Shown here piece by piece: positions 26,361-38,836 of a stretch of 64,000 bases of DNA. Source of the stretch: Ylistrum balloti (Eukaryota); NCBI RefSeq assembly GCF_031769215.1, contig NW_026781906.1:310001-374000 (forward strand), in the 5' to 3' direction. How positions within the stretch are numbered: position 1 is the stretch's first letter; the number at the start of each line of letters is the position of its first letter. The notes beneath the pieces were generated by a model, which worked only from the letters and a program-made list of their open reading frames with translations, did not search any database and had not been told where the DNA came from. A program made the position numbers and the translations under genes.

Positions 26361-29300
26361 ACCTCACTATCACATTCTGTATATATATACCTACCTCACT
26401 ATCATATTCTGTATATATATACCTACCTCACTATCATATTCTGTATATATATACCTACCTTACTATCATATTCTGTATATATATATATACCTACACTATC
26501 ACATTCTGTATATATATATATACCTACCTCACTATCACATTCTGTATATATATACCTACCTCACTATCATATTCTGTATATATATACCTACCTCACTATC
26601 ATATTCTGTATATATATACCTACCGCAATATCAGGCTGTTCCTGTATGGATTGAAAGTTCAATTCCTCATAATATACCGACAACTTAAGAAAGTTTCTCC
26701 TATAAAAACAAAAGATGGAAACACATGATGACCATTTTAGGATTTTACACATCAAATTAATATACGTTGTCCCAACACAATCCTATTTCTTTAATTACAA
26801 CACATCATTAGTGTATAAAGTATCAGGTAATTTTGAGTGTTCTTCTTCGATGATCAACTTTTTCTAAAACGTTTACTCTTTAAAGAGCTGTATCTCATTA
26901 CAATATCAGTTGATAGTCCACACTTTGGTGCAGGGTTAAAAAAAATGTGGACACAACAGTAACAGAAGCTACACAAAAAGAAAACAAAACACCACAGCAG
27001 CTGATGCAGGATTTGTCTTTTTGACTCCATCATCGGTTGAATTTTCCATTAATAGAAATTATCGTCAGGCGAATCCTACACATAAAACGTGTACATACGC
27101 CAAGAGTGAAACACTATCTCTTATCATGATTATATAGGAAAGTCATAGGATATCATAGACGAGATGTCCAATGGGCGTGTGTGTTGGGGTGGGGGTGGGG
27201 GCTATCTACATAATGTACCCTATCGCCCTATCTACTCAATATTTTTCAACATCTATACATACATACAAACACTACATGGAACCTAAACGTGGATTTTTCA
27301 TAATTATGCATACAAGCTCATTCAATTTCTGATTATTATTCCGTTTCCAACTGGTTGTGGCCTCTTTGGAAGTTAGTCTATCCAATTATCACTATACTCT
27401 GAGATATAAGACTTTTATATGTGTAAGCCAATTATTGCCATATACACACGGTCGAGAAATTTTAACCAATACCATCCTAAATTATGTAGATCAATACCTG
27501 GTATCAGACAGCAGGAATTAATCTTCACAACATTTTCGAACTAAAATTAAAATTAAAGAAAAAATCTCGATCCAACCTATTAAGAAAATCACTCACTGCA
27601 TAACCGTCTGTGGGCCACTGTCGCGAGGTAAGGCGTTGTGAATAGGAGTTTTCTCTGTAAATAAAGATACTCATATGAACAAGCATCACCCCACAGGGAT
27701 TCGTCCTACATCGTATCAAATATGAATGGATTTTACATATATCATACCAGTTCTATACAATACAGCCACAACATATTTTGACTTCAATAGTCAAACTGTC
27801 TATACAAGACAGAAAACATAGAATATTGTGAGAAGTATGGTTTACGTTTAATTACCAAAAATCAGGTTACTTACGAACAGGGATCAGGACATTCACAGGA
27901 TATCGTTTTCTTCGTCAGCTGGATAGTTGTCTTAATCATGCATTTAATTTCTGCAAAGAAAAACTCTATCATCAGTAATGTTATATATATCTTACAGTGG
28001 TAGCTACTGTCTCGTGATAGCTACTGTCTCGTGGTACATATCTAATAGGGGTAGATACCGTCTCGTGGTACATATCTAATAGGGGTAGATACCGTCTCGT
28101 GGTATATGTCTTACAGTGGTATATACCGTATCGTGGTATATAGCTTATAGTGGTAACTACTGTCTCGTGGTATATATCTAATAGTGGTAGAGACTGTCTC
28201 GTGGTATATATCTAATAATGGTAGTTACTGTCTCGTGATAGTTACTGTCTCGTGGTATATATCTTATAGTGGTAGATACTGTGTCGTGGTATATATCTTA
28301 TAGTGGAAGAGACTGTCTCGTGGTATATATCTTATAGTGGTAGCTACTGTCTCGTGGTATATATCTAATAGTGGTAGAGACTGTCTCGTGGTATATATCT
28401 AATAATGGTAGTTACTGTCTCGTGGTATATATCTAATAATGGTAGTTACTGTCTCGTGATAGTTACTGTCTCGTGGTATATATCTTATAGTGGTAGATAC
28501 TGTGTCGTGGTATATATCTTATAGTGGAAGAGACTGTCTCGTGGTATATATCTTATAGTGGTAGCTACTGTCTCGTGGTATATATCTTATAGTGGTAGAG
28601 ACTGTCTCGTGGTAAATATCTTATAGTGGTAGATACTGTCTCGTGTATATATCTTATAGTGGTAGATACCGTCTCGTGGTAAATATCTTATAGTGGTAGA
28701 GACTGTCTCGTGGTATATATCTTATACTGGTAGCTACTGTCTCGTGGTATATATATCATAGTGGTAGATACTGTCTCGTGTATATATCTTATAGTGGTAG
28801 ATACTGTCTCGTGTATATATCTTATAGTGGTAGATACCGTCTCGTGGTATATATCTTATAGTGGTAGAGACTGTCTCGTGGTATATATCTTATACTGGTA
28901 GCTACTGTCTCGTGGTATATATATCATAGTGGTAGATACTGTCTCGTGGTAAATATCTTATAGTGGTAGAGACTGTCTCGTGGTGTATATCTTATAGTGG
29001 TAGAGACCGTCTCGTGGTATATATCTTATAGTGGTAGATACCGTCTCGTGGTAAATATCTAATAGTGGTAGATACCGTCTCGTGGTAAATATCTAATAGT
29101 GGTAGATACCGTCTCGTGGTGAATATCTTATAGTGGTACCTACTGTCTCATGGGATATATCTTATAGTGGTTGCTACCGTATCGTGGTATACGGGGGACG
29201 GGGGGAGTAAAAGAATTCTTTCATTTTTTTACTTACCGTGTGTACAATAAGTTATGAAACTGGATATACGAACTGAATAACAATTAGAAGTAAATAAACA

Positions 29301-32300
29301 AACTATGTAATTAAACATTTTTTCTCGAGAGAATCTGGTAAACAAGTACCTTCTTGTGACGAACATTCCTTTTTTGAGCTTTTGGCACTAAATAGTATCT
29401 CTGCATGCATGGGGTCAAAACATCCACATCGCTGTAATGTCTGTGTGGTTTTACACAGGAACAGGCAGGACTGATAGAGAAAAATGTACACACTTACTAA
29501 AATAAACAATAATAAATTATATTGAGTTAAACACAGATAAACAAATATCTTACAACGAAAATTCCGTGAAAATGATAATTGAGGTTAAATAGCTCATTAC
29601 TGATATAAAACTCCAATGACTGTTTACCTGGTACATAGTGTAACTATATACATATGTACTCACTGATACTCACAAGGTGATTCCTTATCGACTTTGTTAT
29701 TTACCTGCCGGTTGTAACTCTTGTTGTATAAAGCTTTGAATTCGTCATCCTTGGCGCAATTTCCGTAAGGACGGCCGATTCTTGTGATCTTTGTCTTACC
29801 GGAAGTAAAAGTCATGGTAGGATTATCACATTACACACTATTTCTAAAAAGTCTATTTTAATAATCAACATACTTTGCTAGTAGTATATTTCTGAGCTAT
29901 ATCCACAGCACCAATCTTAAACCTTGTCTGACCTACTGACCAGATCTGAGGAACGGGTTGATGTTTGTGGTAATTTTTATAAATTAAAAAAAATGTGTAG
30001 CATAATGATAAAAAGAATTAGTTGTCATTTTTCCCTTTTACATTTCTCATATTTCATCATTGCACACTATGTTATAACTGTTATGCAGATATCTAGATTC
30101 ATCTTTGTGTAGTTTTGTAATTAAGTTGATGTGTATTCTGTTTAATTTCCTAATGATCTGGCTTTCATAGCCTTTGTCTGTTGCCCTATTAAGTTTGCTA
30201 TAAGATCCTTACAACCAAGTTATAATGAAATGAAAATCTTAAACCTGCATTATCATAAATTCAACATCAATATGTCGCAATATTTTTATCGAAAGTGGAA
30301 TCGTTAAAAACGAACTGCATCTGCCATTTTTCTGTGAATGTTTTGATAATATCATAAACATGTTACAAATATTTGTCCGAAATTCTTGTATATTTTGGAT
30401 GAATAGTACAGATTCAGAGGGAAGATAGAAAGGTTTTCGTAAATTTAACTGAATTTAGCTTATGTATCAAATATGTGTCCTGTACAATTCACAGTCTTTG
30501 CCCCCAAGAATCACTGTCGAATCATGGAGGACGGAACAATGCTGCTAGTCAGCGAAACACCATACACTAATGTTTCGAATGGTTTTGATAAATGGAAATC
30601 AACGTATATAGAAACCGGTGTTATTTTTTAAAGGAGTCAACAAATTATGATTATTATTTTATAAACATATGTTGGACAAAGCTAACAACCTGTTTGAGAG
30701 CAATGCTGCTTTCTTGGCCTCCCGGAATGAAGAAGCCAGTTTCTTCAGGAAATGGGACAGTGTTGGGAGCGTGTAGGGTAACACGCAGACCATACCCATC
30801 AGTAACACCCGGCAGATACTCATGTGTCTCCAGGTATAGAGTCAAAGACAGACCTAGATAGAAATCAAAAGTATTCTTTAAATCTTTATGGATGAATATG
30901 ATCATTTAAGAAAGGTACGTTCAGATTTATAACAAGTACAGCTGTGTAAGTAATTGACGTAAGTGTTCAATGATAAAGTAAACTGAAGCCATATCATAAC
31001 GATCTATGATATACTTTGCACGGATATTTCATATTTCAACACTTAGATAAATAGATTTCTGCTGCAAAACCTGATAAGTAGGAATAAAAGTCATTAAGTC
31101 AATTCGACGTCCGTTGGAAAATATCAAGTTTGCCTCATATAAATTGTATATCCGATCATACTTATACATTTGTAACAGCCATTCACCAAACTTCTCATTC
31201 TCATTTTTTTTTTTTTTTTTTTTGTTTGTTTTTTTTTTCTTCTAAAATTAAGATAGCCTTATGACAGGTAGCATTCATGATGTGATCACGTTACGTTAGA
31301 AACGGCTCTTCGACCAATCAGTCAGTTCCGAGATTCTTTAAAACTACGATAACGCCATTTATTGATGTTGATAATGATGACATGTTCTGTGTCGTGATCG
31401 CTTTGAAAAGAAATCTGCTTTTGCCTATCTGTCCTTGTGTTGACGTCCCGTCACAATAACTATCCGGGTTTTGGTTTTCATCGCCTTGTCTAACTCTGTG
31501 TTTAGTTTTGTAGTTTACTTAATAGAATTCAATGCAGGGCTTAAACAATACGTTGATCAAGGTTTTGGTTTGATGTCCAGAACTTTGTGTATTGGGAATC
31601 TAAACGAAATCGGCCCTCGATGGGACATACAAAAACACTTACGACAGTGGAATCGCACTGTATTACTACATCAGGACTGGTCACACTTACAATGTTAAAG
31701 GATGATCGCGTAAATATGATTCAATGGTAAACTAAAAGCTTTCTAGGTTTTTGTCTAATATGACACCAGGAACGAAAAGATGACATATATGTTACGCAGT
31801 AAAACACCTAAACATTGGAAACATTAATAGTAAAACATTCGACGTAAGAACATAAATGATTCAGCAATATGAAAACAAAACAATTATTCCACATACCCGC
31901 ATTTGGTCCTGGCTTTTTGATAACGAAATTCTTCATATCCAGCGTGTAACAATTTCCATACTTAGGAGTTTGGTATAGTGTAAAATTTCTGAAACCGTAG
32001 AAACGTCCTTATTAAAGACACGTTTACATTAGGTACATTTGCAAAGCCGTCATACGGTGATTTTTACAAGGAAAACATTGCAATCAACACTTGGTATTTA
32101 TTTTGTATACGAATTCTTAAACCACTGATTTTTACATACATGCGAAATAGATATTATACTCATGAGCAGACAAAATTACTTACTCCGAGTAGCACCTGTA
32201 GCCGTTGAAGGCGCAGTTGCTAAGAGTCTTATTGAAATCATGTCCCATTGAAATGCGGTTAATTCTGAAAAAAATCTTTTTCTTTAATTTTGCGTAAGGG

Positions 32301-35045
32301 AATTTCTGTTGGTGATTCGTCCTCGTGTATAAAGGAATCATTCATATACATTATAGAAAAAACATTGTGTAAAAGCTTATAGAACCTATAAACTTTATGT
32401 ACTTTACAACAATTGCGAAACAAGTTATAACAACTTCTACTAATCACTCTTGTGGGCCCTGATATAAGCGTGGCAGGGATCTAACTGTGGGAGGAAATTG
32501 GAGTACCCGGGGGAAAAACCCTTGTGGTCAGGCAGACCTACATCTTTCCACGTCTGGGAATCGAACCCCGACCGGCTTAGTAAAAGGCGAGTGTGTTACC
32601 AGTAGGCCACCTGACCGCTCATTGCGTCCTTATTCGAAAAGACACGAAGCGTTGTTCAAATGACAAGTGGAAAATAGTAGTTTTTATAAAGTAGAAATAC
32701 AGCAGGTAATTATATGCCGACTTCAGAATCAAGCTGACATCACACCAATGGCTCGTGAGTTCGGGATTTGTTAATGATATATGTACTAGGGAAGTAATTT
32801 GCGCAAATCAAAACGGCGAGACAGGAATATTAAAACCAGTCAAAAATTCATGTTCATTCATACAAAATTGCATTATATACCATTGCATAATTTCAATAAA
32901 TGACAGGGCAACAATTTTGACTTTACTCGTCAAATGACTGATGTATTGATTTGATGAACAAGAAATCTCGATAATCTACCTTGATTCGTTTAAGTATAGG
33001 CCTCGAAAGTTAGTGAATATTTCTGACAGTTTGTCTCTTTCGAAGAATCCACTTTCCCTTGCAGTTTCATCGTGGTAATCTTCGTAGTCGTAGTAGTAGT
33101 AATACTCATCGCCAGATCCGGATCCTTCTACACCGTAATCATAATCATACGGTTTCACATCCACATCATCAGGGTCGGTAACGCCCAACTTCACAGACGG
33201 AAACGTACATTGATGATACAATTTAATATTGAATAATGATAATAGCGCTTTCATTCTAAGAACGTGACTTTACAAAGAAATCCTAGATTTAAAGGGCGGC
33301 TTCAATCCGGTATTATGTCATTGTGCAACGTGTCATCCTATATTCTTCATTATACGTAGAATTGTGGTTTTATTAGCTTCTACGTGTGCATTTTTTTTTC
33401 TTTTTACTTTAATGAGTAAAATACAACATGTATTATGCCTTACACTGAAAGAGCTGTTAATTTGTGAAATGGATTTTAAACGAAATGAACGAGATTAGGT
33501 AGATACTGCGTTAAGCGTAAAATCGATGACGTCTTTTATCATTTTATTGTCCTAGCATCTGCATACAGAGCTTAAACTCGACAAAAAATATATTTCCATG
33601 CGAATGATTTACAGGAGTATACACCCAAATTGTCATAATAACAATACTTTTCAGCACGAGTGAAAACCGTAGAGTGATTATTATATTCAGTACTTGTCAA
33701 GAATGATGGAGGAACGTCAGTTGCATTTCGTGAAAGTCAACTGAATGCCATACAATTATTCAGAAAATCAAATGTAAACAAAGCAAGGACAACACATATA
33801 AAAACCGCCTTCCACTAAGTATAACATCCTATATAAATAACAGATAGATTGTTTTGACAGAAAGGATTCAGAAAAAACACTCGATCGTCTGTAAAAATAC
33901 AAAAAAAATAAATAATGGAATATAGAACACGGACAATAAAAGGATCGCAAAAGAATAACTTTAGATTATACACAAAGTGGCACCTTTTATGTAAAGGCAG
34001 ACAGAATGTGATGTATATATTGACACAATAATATACAAAAGGCAAGTAGAACCACGGAAAGATACACACAGTGGCACCTTTTATGTAAAGGCAGACAGAA
34101 TGTGATGTATATATTGACACAATAATATAAAAAAGGCAGGTAGAACCACGGAAAGATACACACAGTGGCACCTTTTATGTAAAGGCAGAAAGAAAATGAT
34201 GTATATATTGACACAATAATATAAAAAAGGCATGTAGAACCACGGAAAGATACACAATGTGGCACCTTTTATGTAAAGGCAGACAGAAAATGATGTATAT
34301 ATTGACACAATAATATAAAAAAGGCAGGTAGAACCACGGAAAGATACACACAGTGGCACCTTTTATGTAAAGGCAGACAGAAAATGATGTATATATTGAT
34401 ACAATAATATAAAAAAGGCAGGTAGAACCACGGAAAGATACACACAGTGGCACCTTTTATGTAAAGGCAGACAGAAAATGATGTATATATTGACACAATA
34501 ATATACAAAAGGCAGGTAGAACTACGGAAAGATACACACAGTGGCACCTTTAATACAAAAAGCAGGAAAATATACACAGTGACAAGTTTCACGTATAAGA
34601 CATATTACAAACCCAGCTTAGGTGAGATAGGCGTTATGTTATGGTCATCGTATACATCAGACAATTTAACGGAGCAACAGTTACTTACTAAATTTGCCGG
34701 GTCTACTTTACTTGTAAATGCTACGAGTTTTTCGGCAGCTAAATCCAGTCGAGATCTTCGTATAACGTTGACGTTACATAAGGTGATGGCTGGGAGCTGT
34801 AGATTGTTGAAACCTAGTGATATTGTTGTCTTTTTCGGCCATGACAGGAACTCGGCGAATAAAAAATATAGGTGGACAAACATGGCACAAAAACCGGTGA
34901 TGACCAAGACTCCCCAGAACACCTTGCCAACTGTCCTTTTGGCATTGTATAAATGTGGAAGGCCGGATATTGATGTGTTCTCAGCAAACCGACCCAACAC
35001 TCTCTTTAATGATTTTGGTTTCTTTCGCTCCTCGTCTTCAGATCC
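25334..35045 (-). CDS. DEG/ENaC family ion channel subunit, gene B (~600 aa; start codon and exon 10 not resolved)
   Basis: Exons: 35045-34689, 33188-32980, 32264-32184, 31988-31897, 30853-30690, 29794-29705, 29470-29350, 27950-27875, 27654-27597, [exon 10 uncertain], 26699-26624, 25744-25334. Exon lengths and phases match gene A (81, 92, 164, 90, 76, 58, 76 nt). The first exon opens in frame (GSEDEERKK) after an acceptor, so the ATG is in an unidentified upstream exon. Confidence 0.88.
25790..26625. repeat. (AT)n plus ~30-bp minisatellite in gene B intron 11
   Basis: unit atatatacctacctcactatcacattctgt with variable (AT)n. Confidence 0.95.
26129..26200 (-). other. partial duplicate of gene B exon 11 (acceptor intact, 3' end replaced by minisatellite)
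   Basis: 26143-26264 repeats 26642-26763 almost exactly; translates RNFLKLSVYYEELNFQSIQ, then satellite-derived NVIV. Confidence 0.85.
26624..26699 (-). CDS. gene B exon 11
   Basis: RNFLKLSVYYEELNFQSIQEQPDIA|gtaggt; 76 nt. Confidence 0.92.
26799..26863 (-). CDS. candidate gene B exon 10 (one of several possibilities)
   Basis: tag|KKLIIEEEHSKLPDTLYTNDVL|gtaatt; 65 nt, has the required phase 0 to 2, but little similarity to gene A exon 10. Confidence 0.3.
27597..27654 (-). CDS. gene B exon 9
   Basis: ENSYSQRLTSRQWPTDGYA|gtgagt; 58 nt. Confidence 0.92.
27875..27950 (-). CDS. gene B exon 8
   Basis: IKCMIKTTIQLTKKTISCECPDPCS; 76 nt. Confidence 0.9.
27985..29190. repeat. ~34-bp minisatellite (~35 copies), gene B intron 7
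   Basis: unit atatcttatagtggtagatactgtctcgtggtat. Confidence 0.96.
29350..29470 (-). CDS. gene B exon 7
   Basis: SCLFLCKTTQTLQRCGCFDPMHAEILFSAKSSKKECSSQE. Confidence 0.9.
29705..29794 (-). CDS. gene B exon 6
   Basis: TKITRIGRPYGNCAKDDEFKALYNKSYNRQ; 90 nt. Confidence 0.92.
30690..30853 (-). CDS. gene B exon 5
   Basis: GLSLTLYLETHEYLPGVTDGYGLRVTLHAPNTVPFPEETGFFIPGGQESSIALKQ; 164 nt. Confidence 0.93.
31897..31988 (-). CDS. gene B exon 4
   Basis: NFTLYQTPKYGNCYTLDMKNFVIKKPGPNAG; 92 nt. Confidence 0.92.
32184..32264 (-). CDS. gene B exon 3
   Basis: INRISMGHDFNKTLSNCAFNGYRCYS; 81 nt. Confidence 0.9.
32449..32620 (-). mobile_element. tRNA-derived SINE with V-domain-like core (gene B intron 2)
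   Basis: reverse complement has an A box (tggcctactgg), a B box (ggttcgattccc) and gggtttttcccccgggtactccaatttcctcccacag, resembling the V-SINE core. Confidence 0.75.
32980..33188 (-). CDS. gene B exon 2 (acidic Tyr-rich finger insert)
   Basis: LGVTDPDDVDVKPYDYDYGVEGSGSGDEYYYYYDYEDYHDETARESGFFERDKLSEIFTNFRGLYLNESR; the aag acceptor is weak. Confidence 0.82.
33965..34560. repeat. 94-bp tandem repeat (~6 copies), gene B intron 1
   Basis: ORF-track starts offset by exactly 94 nt (33987, 34081, 34175, 34269). Confidence 0.95.
34689..35045 (-). CDS. gene B first identified coding exon (TM1, LPAITLCN)
   Basis: cag|GSEDEERKKPKSLKRVLGRFAENTSISGLPHL...WPKKTTISLGFNNLQLPAITLCNVNVIRRSR...DPANL|gtaagt. 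Confidence 0.9.
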
Positions 35046-38000
35046 CTGTAACGTTTTAAAAAATATATTATCAATTAATAATTCCTTTCAAAGAATATAG
35101 ACAAATGATTATTTTTGGAAAGGAGTCAATATAGGTTCTTGAATTTTTCATATTTTTTGTTGGGGGGGGGGGGGGGGGGGGAGGGGGAAGGTGTTTGGAG
35201 GGGGGGGAGTTTGTCTTTCTGTGTTTATGCATTTCAGGTAAATTTTGAACTGTATCTTGATAGAAATATGCATTTCAGGTAAATTTTGAACTGTATCTTG
35301 ATAGCTGTTTGTCACCGTTTTAATTTTCTCTTGCTGAGTCAAGTATATTTGTAATTTTGAATGGATTGATCGTTAAGGAACGTTACTGTATCGTTGTTAT
35401 ACTGAACTCTCTCACTGTAGAGAAGAGGTTTTCCCAAAAGATTTTTTCACACGCCATCCATTAAAGGACATTTAGAAAAGAGGTGATAATTCAATGCTTT
35501 AAGCAAATTTCTAAACATATTCAAATACTTTATATGGTTTCGTTTCCGATGAGTACCGATTGAGTGAATGGTTTTCCTAAAAAACACATTGTTACGGACC
35601 ATTGAAAGAATAAATTACAAAACACAATTTACCAAAATAACAAAATGACCCATACCCACAGGCCACACGCTTGTTCAATGGTCAATTAGAGTTTGTCAGC
35701 GGTTAAGTGAAAACATCCCAAATTGTTGCCACTGGAAATACATTGTACAAGGGCGCTAATGGAAAAAAACTAACACTTAAAATATCGGTCTCTCTCAATA
35801 GTTCTGATATTATACAAAGATAACGAATGTTTGTTTGATTCATGTTTCTATAACCTTGGTGGTCTTTGCCAATTGAGGACAGATGGTGAAAAAGTCGTAG
35901 GTTTTAAAAAGAGATACTTAGTACAAAATGAGGAGTTAAAAGAGTTGACAACCTTTAGACTGTAAGTACACGTGTACTAATATTGTTTGATTGTATATCT
36001 TACATTTGTACATTATGTAGTAAAATAATGTAATCTCTCACTACAACTCTAGTCATGGGACAACGGGTTTATATCATACATGTCTGTTAAATGATGTTTG
36101 GGGTCCCTTAATTATCTAGCACAGTTAAGTAAGGATATAGCACATTGTAATGTACATCAACAAGTTATATTAAGCCGGTTGACTTTGTTTTAGGTCCAGA
36201 GATCTTTTGGGCGGGGTTACGGACCTTGGGTTAAAATAAAAATCTCTATATGACCCGCAAAGAATGATTTGTATATGTCCAAGACAATCCATAAGCAATG
36301 CTGATATTTGTCATGGTATTCCCAAGTTTGTTTGGTCTAATTGGAACTCGGTCATACCACATACCATACTTCTGAGTTTTAGCTGATGGGTGTTGACAGA
36401 TAGGGAGAATTACAATGTCACTGACACCATATAAAACATTTACCAAAGTGATATGTAAAAATCTTAAATTAATAAATCTGAGGAAATCAGAGGTTTGCTG
36501 GAACTCGAAACACCATATAAATGGCGATGCCACAGTTCACTGAGTTGAGCAGTCTGTTCACACACAAAGAGGAGATAACTCCGTGTTAATATCGAGGACG
36601 GCACTGGGGATTGGGATACAAAATCATTGAAAAATGCTTAAATACAACATAATGAGGATTATAAACAGCACTGTTTACGGTATTTGTGACATTTCATGAA
36701 AAATATATGGGGACGTGGAATCACATGTAGATTGTAACGAAACAACAGGGCAAAAAACAAAGACTAAAATCACATTCCTAGTGCCATGGAAACATTTAGA
36801 TATTCTGATCTGGCAATTCAACCAACTTGAGGACAGGAAAAAAAGACAAAGCAAAGAGTCCTCAAGGAAAAGAATCAAATGAAGGGATATAAAAACATTA
36901 TCAGAAAACATTCGGTATAACGAAGCCATTGTATTGCAACAGTCATGAAACCTCACAATCCTTGTCCATCCTGTGGATAACACACTTGAAGGGAACGGTG
37001 TAGAATGTGTATACAATGCGTATATAAAACTTCATGCAAAAAATGCGATACACCGTACATGCATGTCACATAAACTGGAAGAGGAGGTGGGTTCGCCTCT
37101 GTAAACACAAGGAAAACACAAAAATCCAAGAAGGCAGAAATTCACCAAATCGGAGTGGAAGCAATTCGAGTCCTAGATCAACAAATCAAAAATCATTTCA
37201 CAAAGCAAAATCATTATCATTGACTGTGGCAAATCCAAAGTACATGTATAGGGAAAAGAGCCTATTTCAAACGGCAAGTCAAGAACATCATCTGTATACG
37301 CCGCAGCGGGCCAGTAATAACAGGGACGAGGGGGCCGTGAAAGGCTCGCGTGATTCTACAGGTGTGACCAGGTTTAGTTAATTGATGCCAACTAAAGTAC
37401 GCATAGAAAATCACCAATTCGACCTGTTTTCACTATAGTCTCAGTCTCTCCATACTACTTTTTACGAAAGTCTAGATAAGTCAATACTTCAGCCGAAAGG
37501 TCCTTTTAATTCGTGACTATCTCGTACACAATAAATGTACCTTAAAGCAAGTTCGCTTTGTCACGCAGACATGTATATTGTGGGTAGTATATGGAGTTGA
37601 TGTTGTACATTGTATCTTGGTTTTTTAAAATTTTAACCTGGATAAATAACTTTGATAAGCTGGGCGCCGTTGTTTTGCGGCAATACGACACGAGTAGACG
37701 TGCACGAGGTGAGCAGTTTACGGAAACAGACATTGTATATTTACCTTGTTTATCCGATATGAATTTATTGCACAATTACGGCATATGAATCAATCACAGA
37801 AGACAGTTAAGTGAACTTTGATTCTTCTCTTTTTCGTCGGTATTTTTGTATTGTACCCTGTTATTACTGGGTCAAACACTTTAGGTGTCTGTGCACTTTA
37901 ATCAGTCGTGACCATTTAAGTGGAATAAGTTGTACTTATGTCATTTTTATGCTAAATTCATGTACTGTGTATGTACTACAATGGTATATGGACTATAAAT

Positions 38001-38459
38001 GCATACTTGAGTTTTGAATATGCAATTATGTTTTCTGTATCGTGCGTATTTAACAAGGTATGGAAGTGCTGTTCTATTGTCACAAAGTAGGACGTTTTGG
38101 GTACGCGCGCCGATGGAAAATGTATGGAAGCCGTGAGCTGTCAGTTTGCATATTGTGCGATTTTATGTTATTTCGTGATTAAAATGGAGACGCATATTTT
38201 TATTTCGTATTTAAAACATATTTTAGTAGTATGTAACATATGGTTTACATCATCGTTAATTAATTAAGAAATATCAGATTAGTATTAAGGAGTTATGCTA
38301 TGTTATATTTTAGGGAAGTATGGAAATGTGAATGATATGTTTAAGCATCACAAAGCGGGCAAGCAGTGAAGCTATGTGGAGTTCATCAAGCAGGCCCTGG
38401 TCGACGACTTGGTAAAGCGGCTGTGCGTAGGAGAACTCATCAACTAACGAAGTTTGCAG

Positions 38460-38836
38460 TCGTTTCGTTTCGTGTCGTGTCGAGTCGTGACGTGTTGTGA
38501 CGTGTCGTGACGTTACGTGTCGTTTCGTTTCGTGTCGTGTGGTGTGGTGTCGTGTCGTGTCGTGTCGTGTCGTGTCGTGTCGTGTGGTGTGGTGTGGTGT
38601 GGTGTGGTGTCGTGTCGTGAGGTGTGGTGTGGTGTGGTGTCGTGCCGAGTTGTGTCGTGCCGAGTTGTGTCGTGACGTGTCGTGACGTTACGTGTCGTGT
38701 CGTGTCGTGTCGTGTCGTGTCGTGTCGTGTCGTGAGGTGTGGTGTGGTGTGGTGTGGTGTGGTGTGGTGTGGTGTCGCGTCGCGTCGCGCCGTGTCGTGC
38801 CGTGTCGTGCCGCGCCGTGTGCCGTGCCGTGTCGTG
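38460..38836. repeat. pentamer microsatellite (GTGTC/GTGTG/GTGCC)n
   Basis: direct inspection. Confidence 0.95.

Noticed and set aside
33815-34592. Series of hydrophobic 92-118 aa ORFs resembling membrane peptides
   Set aside because: Each is a frame-shifted reading of the 94-bp intronic repeat.
34579-35100. 173-aa ORF on the + strand
   Set aside because: Antisense shadow of gene B exon 1, with no recognisable motif.
35160-35210. Poly-G tract in gene B intron
   Set aside because: Simple homopolymer; length is unreliable and there is no functional evidence.
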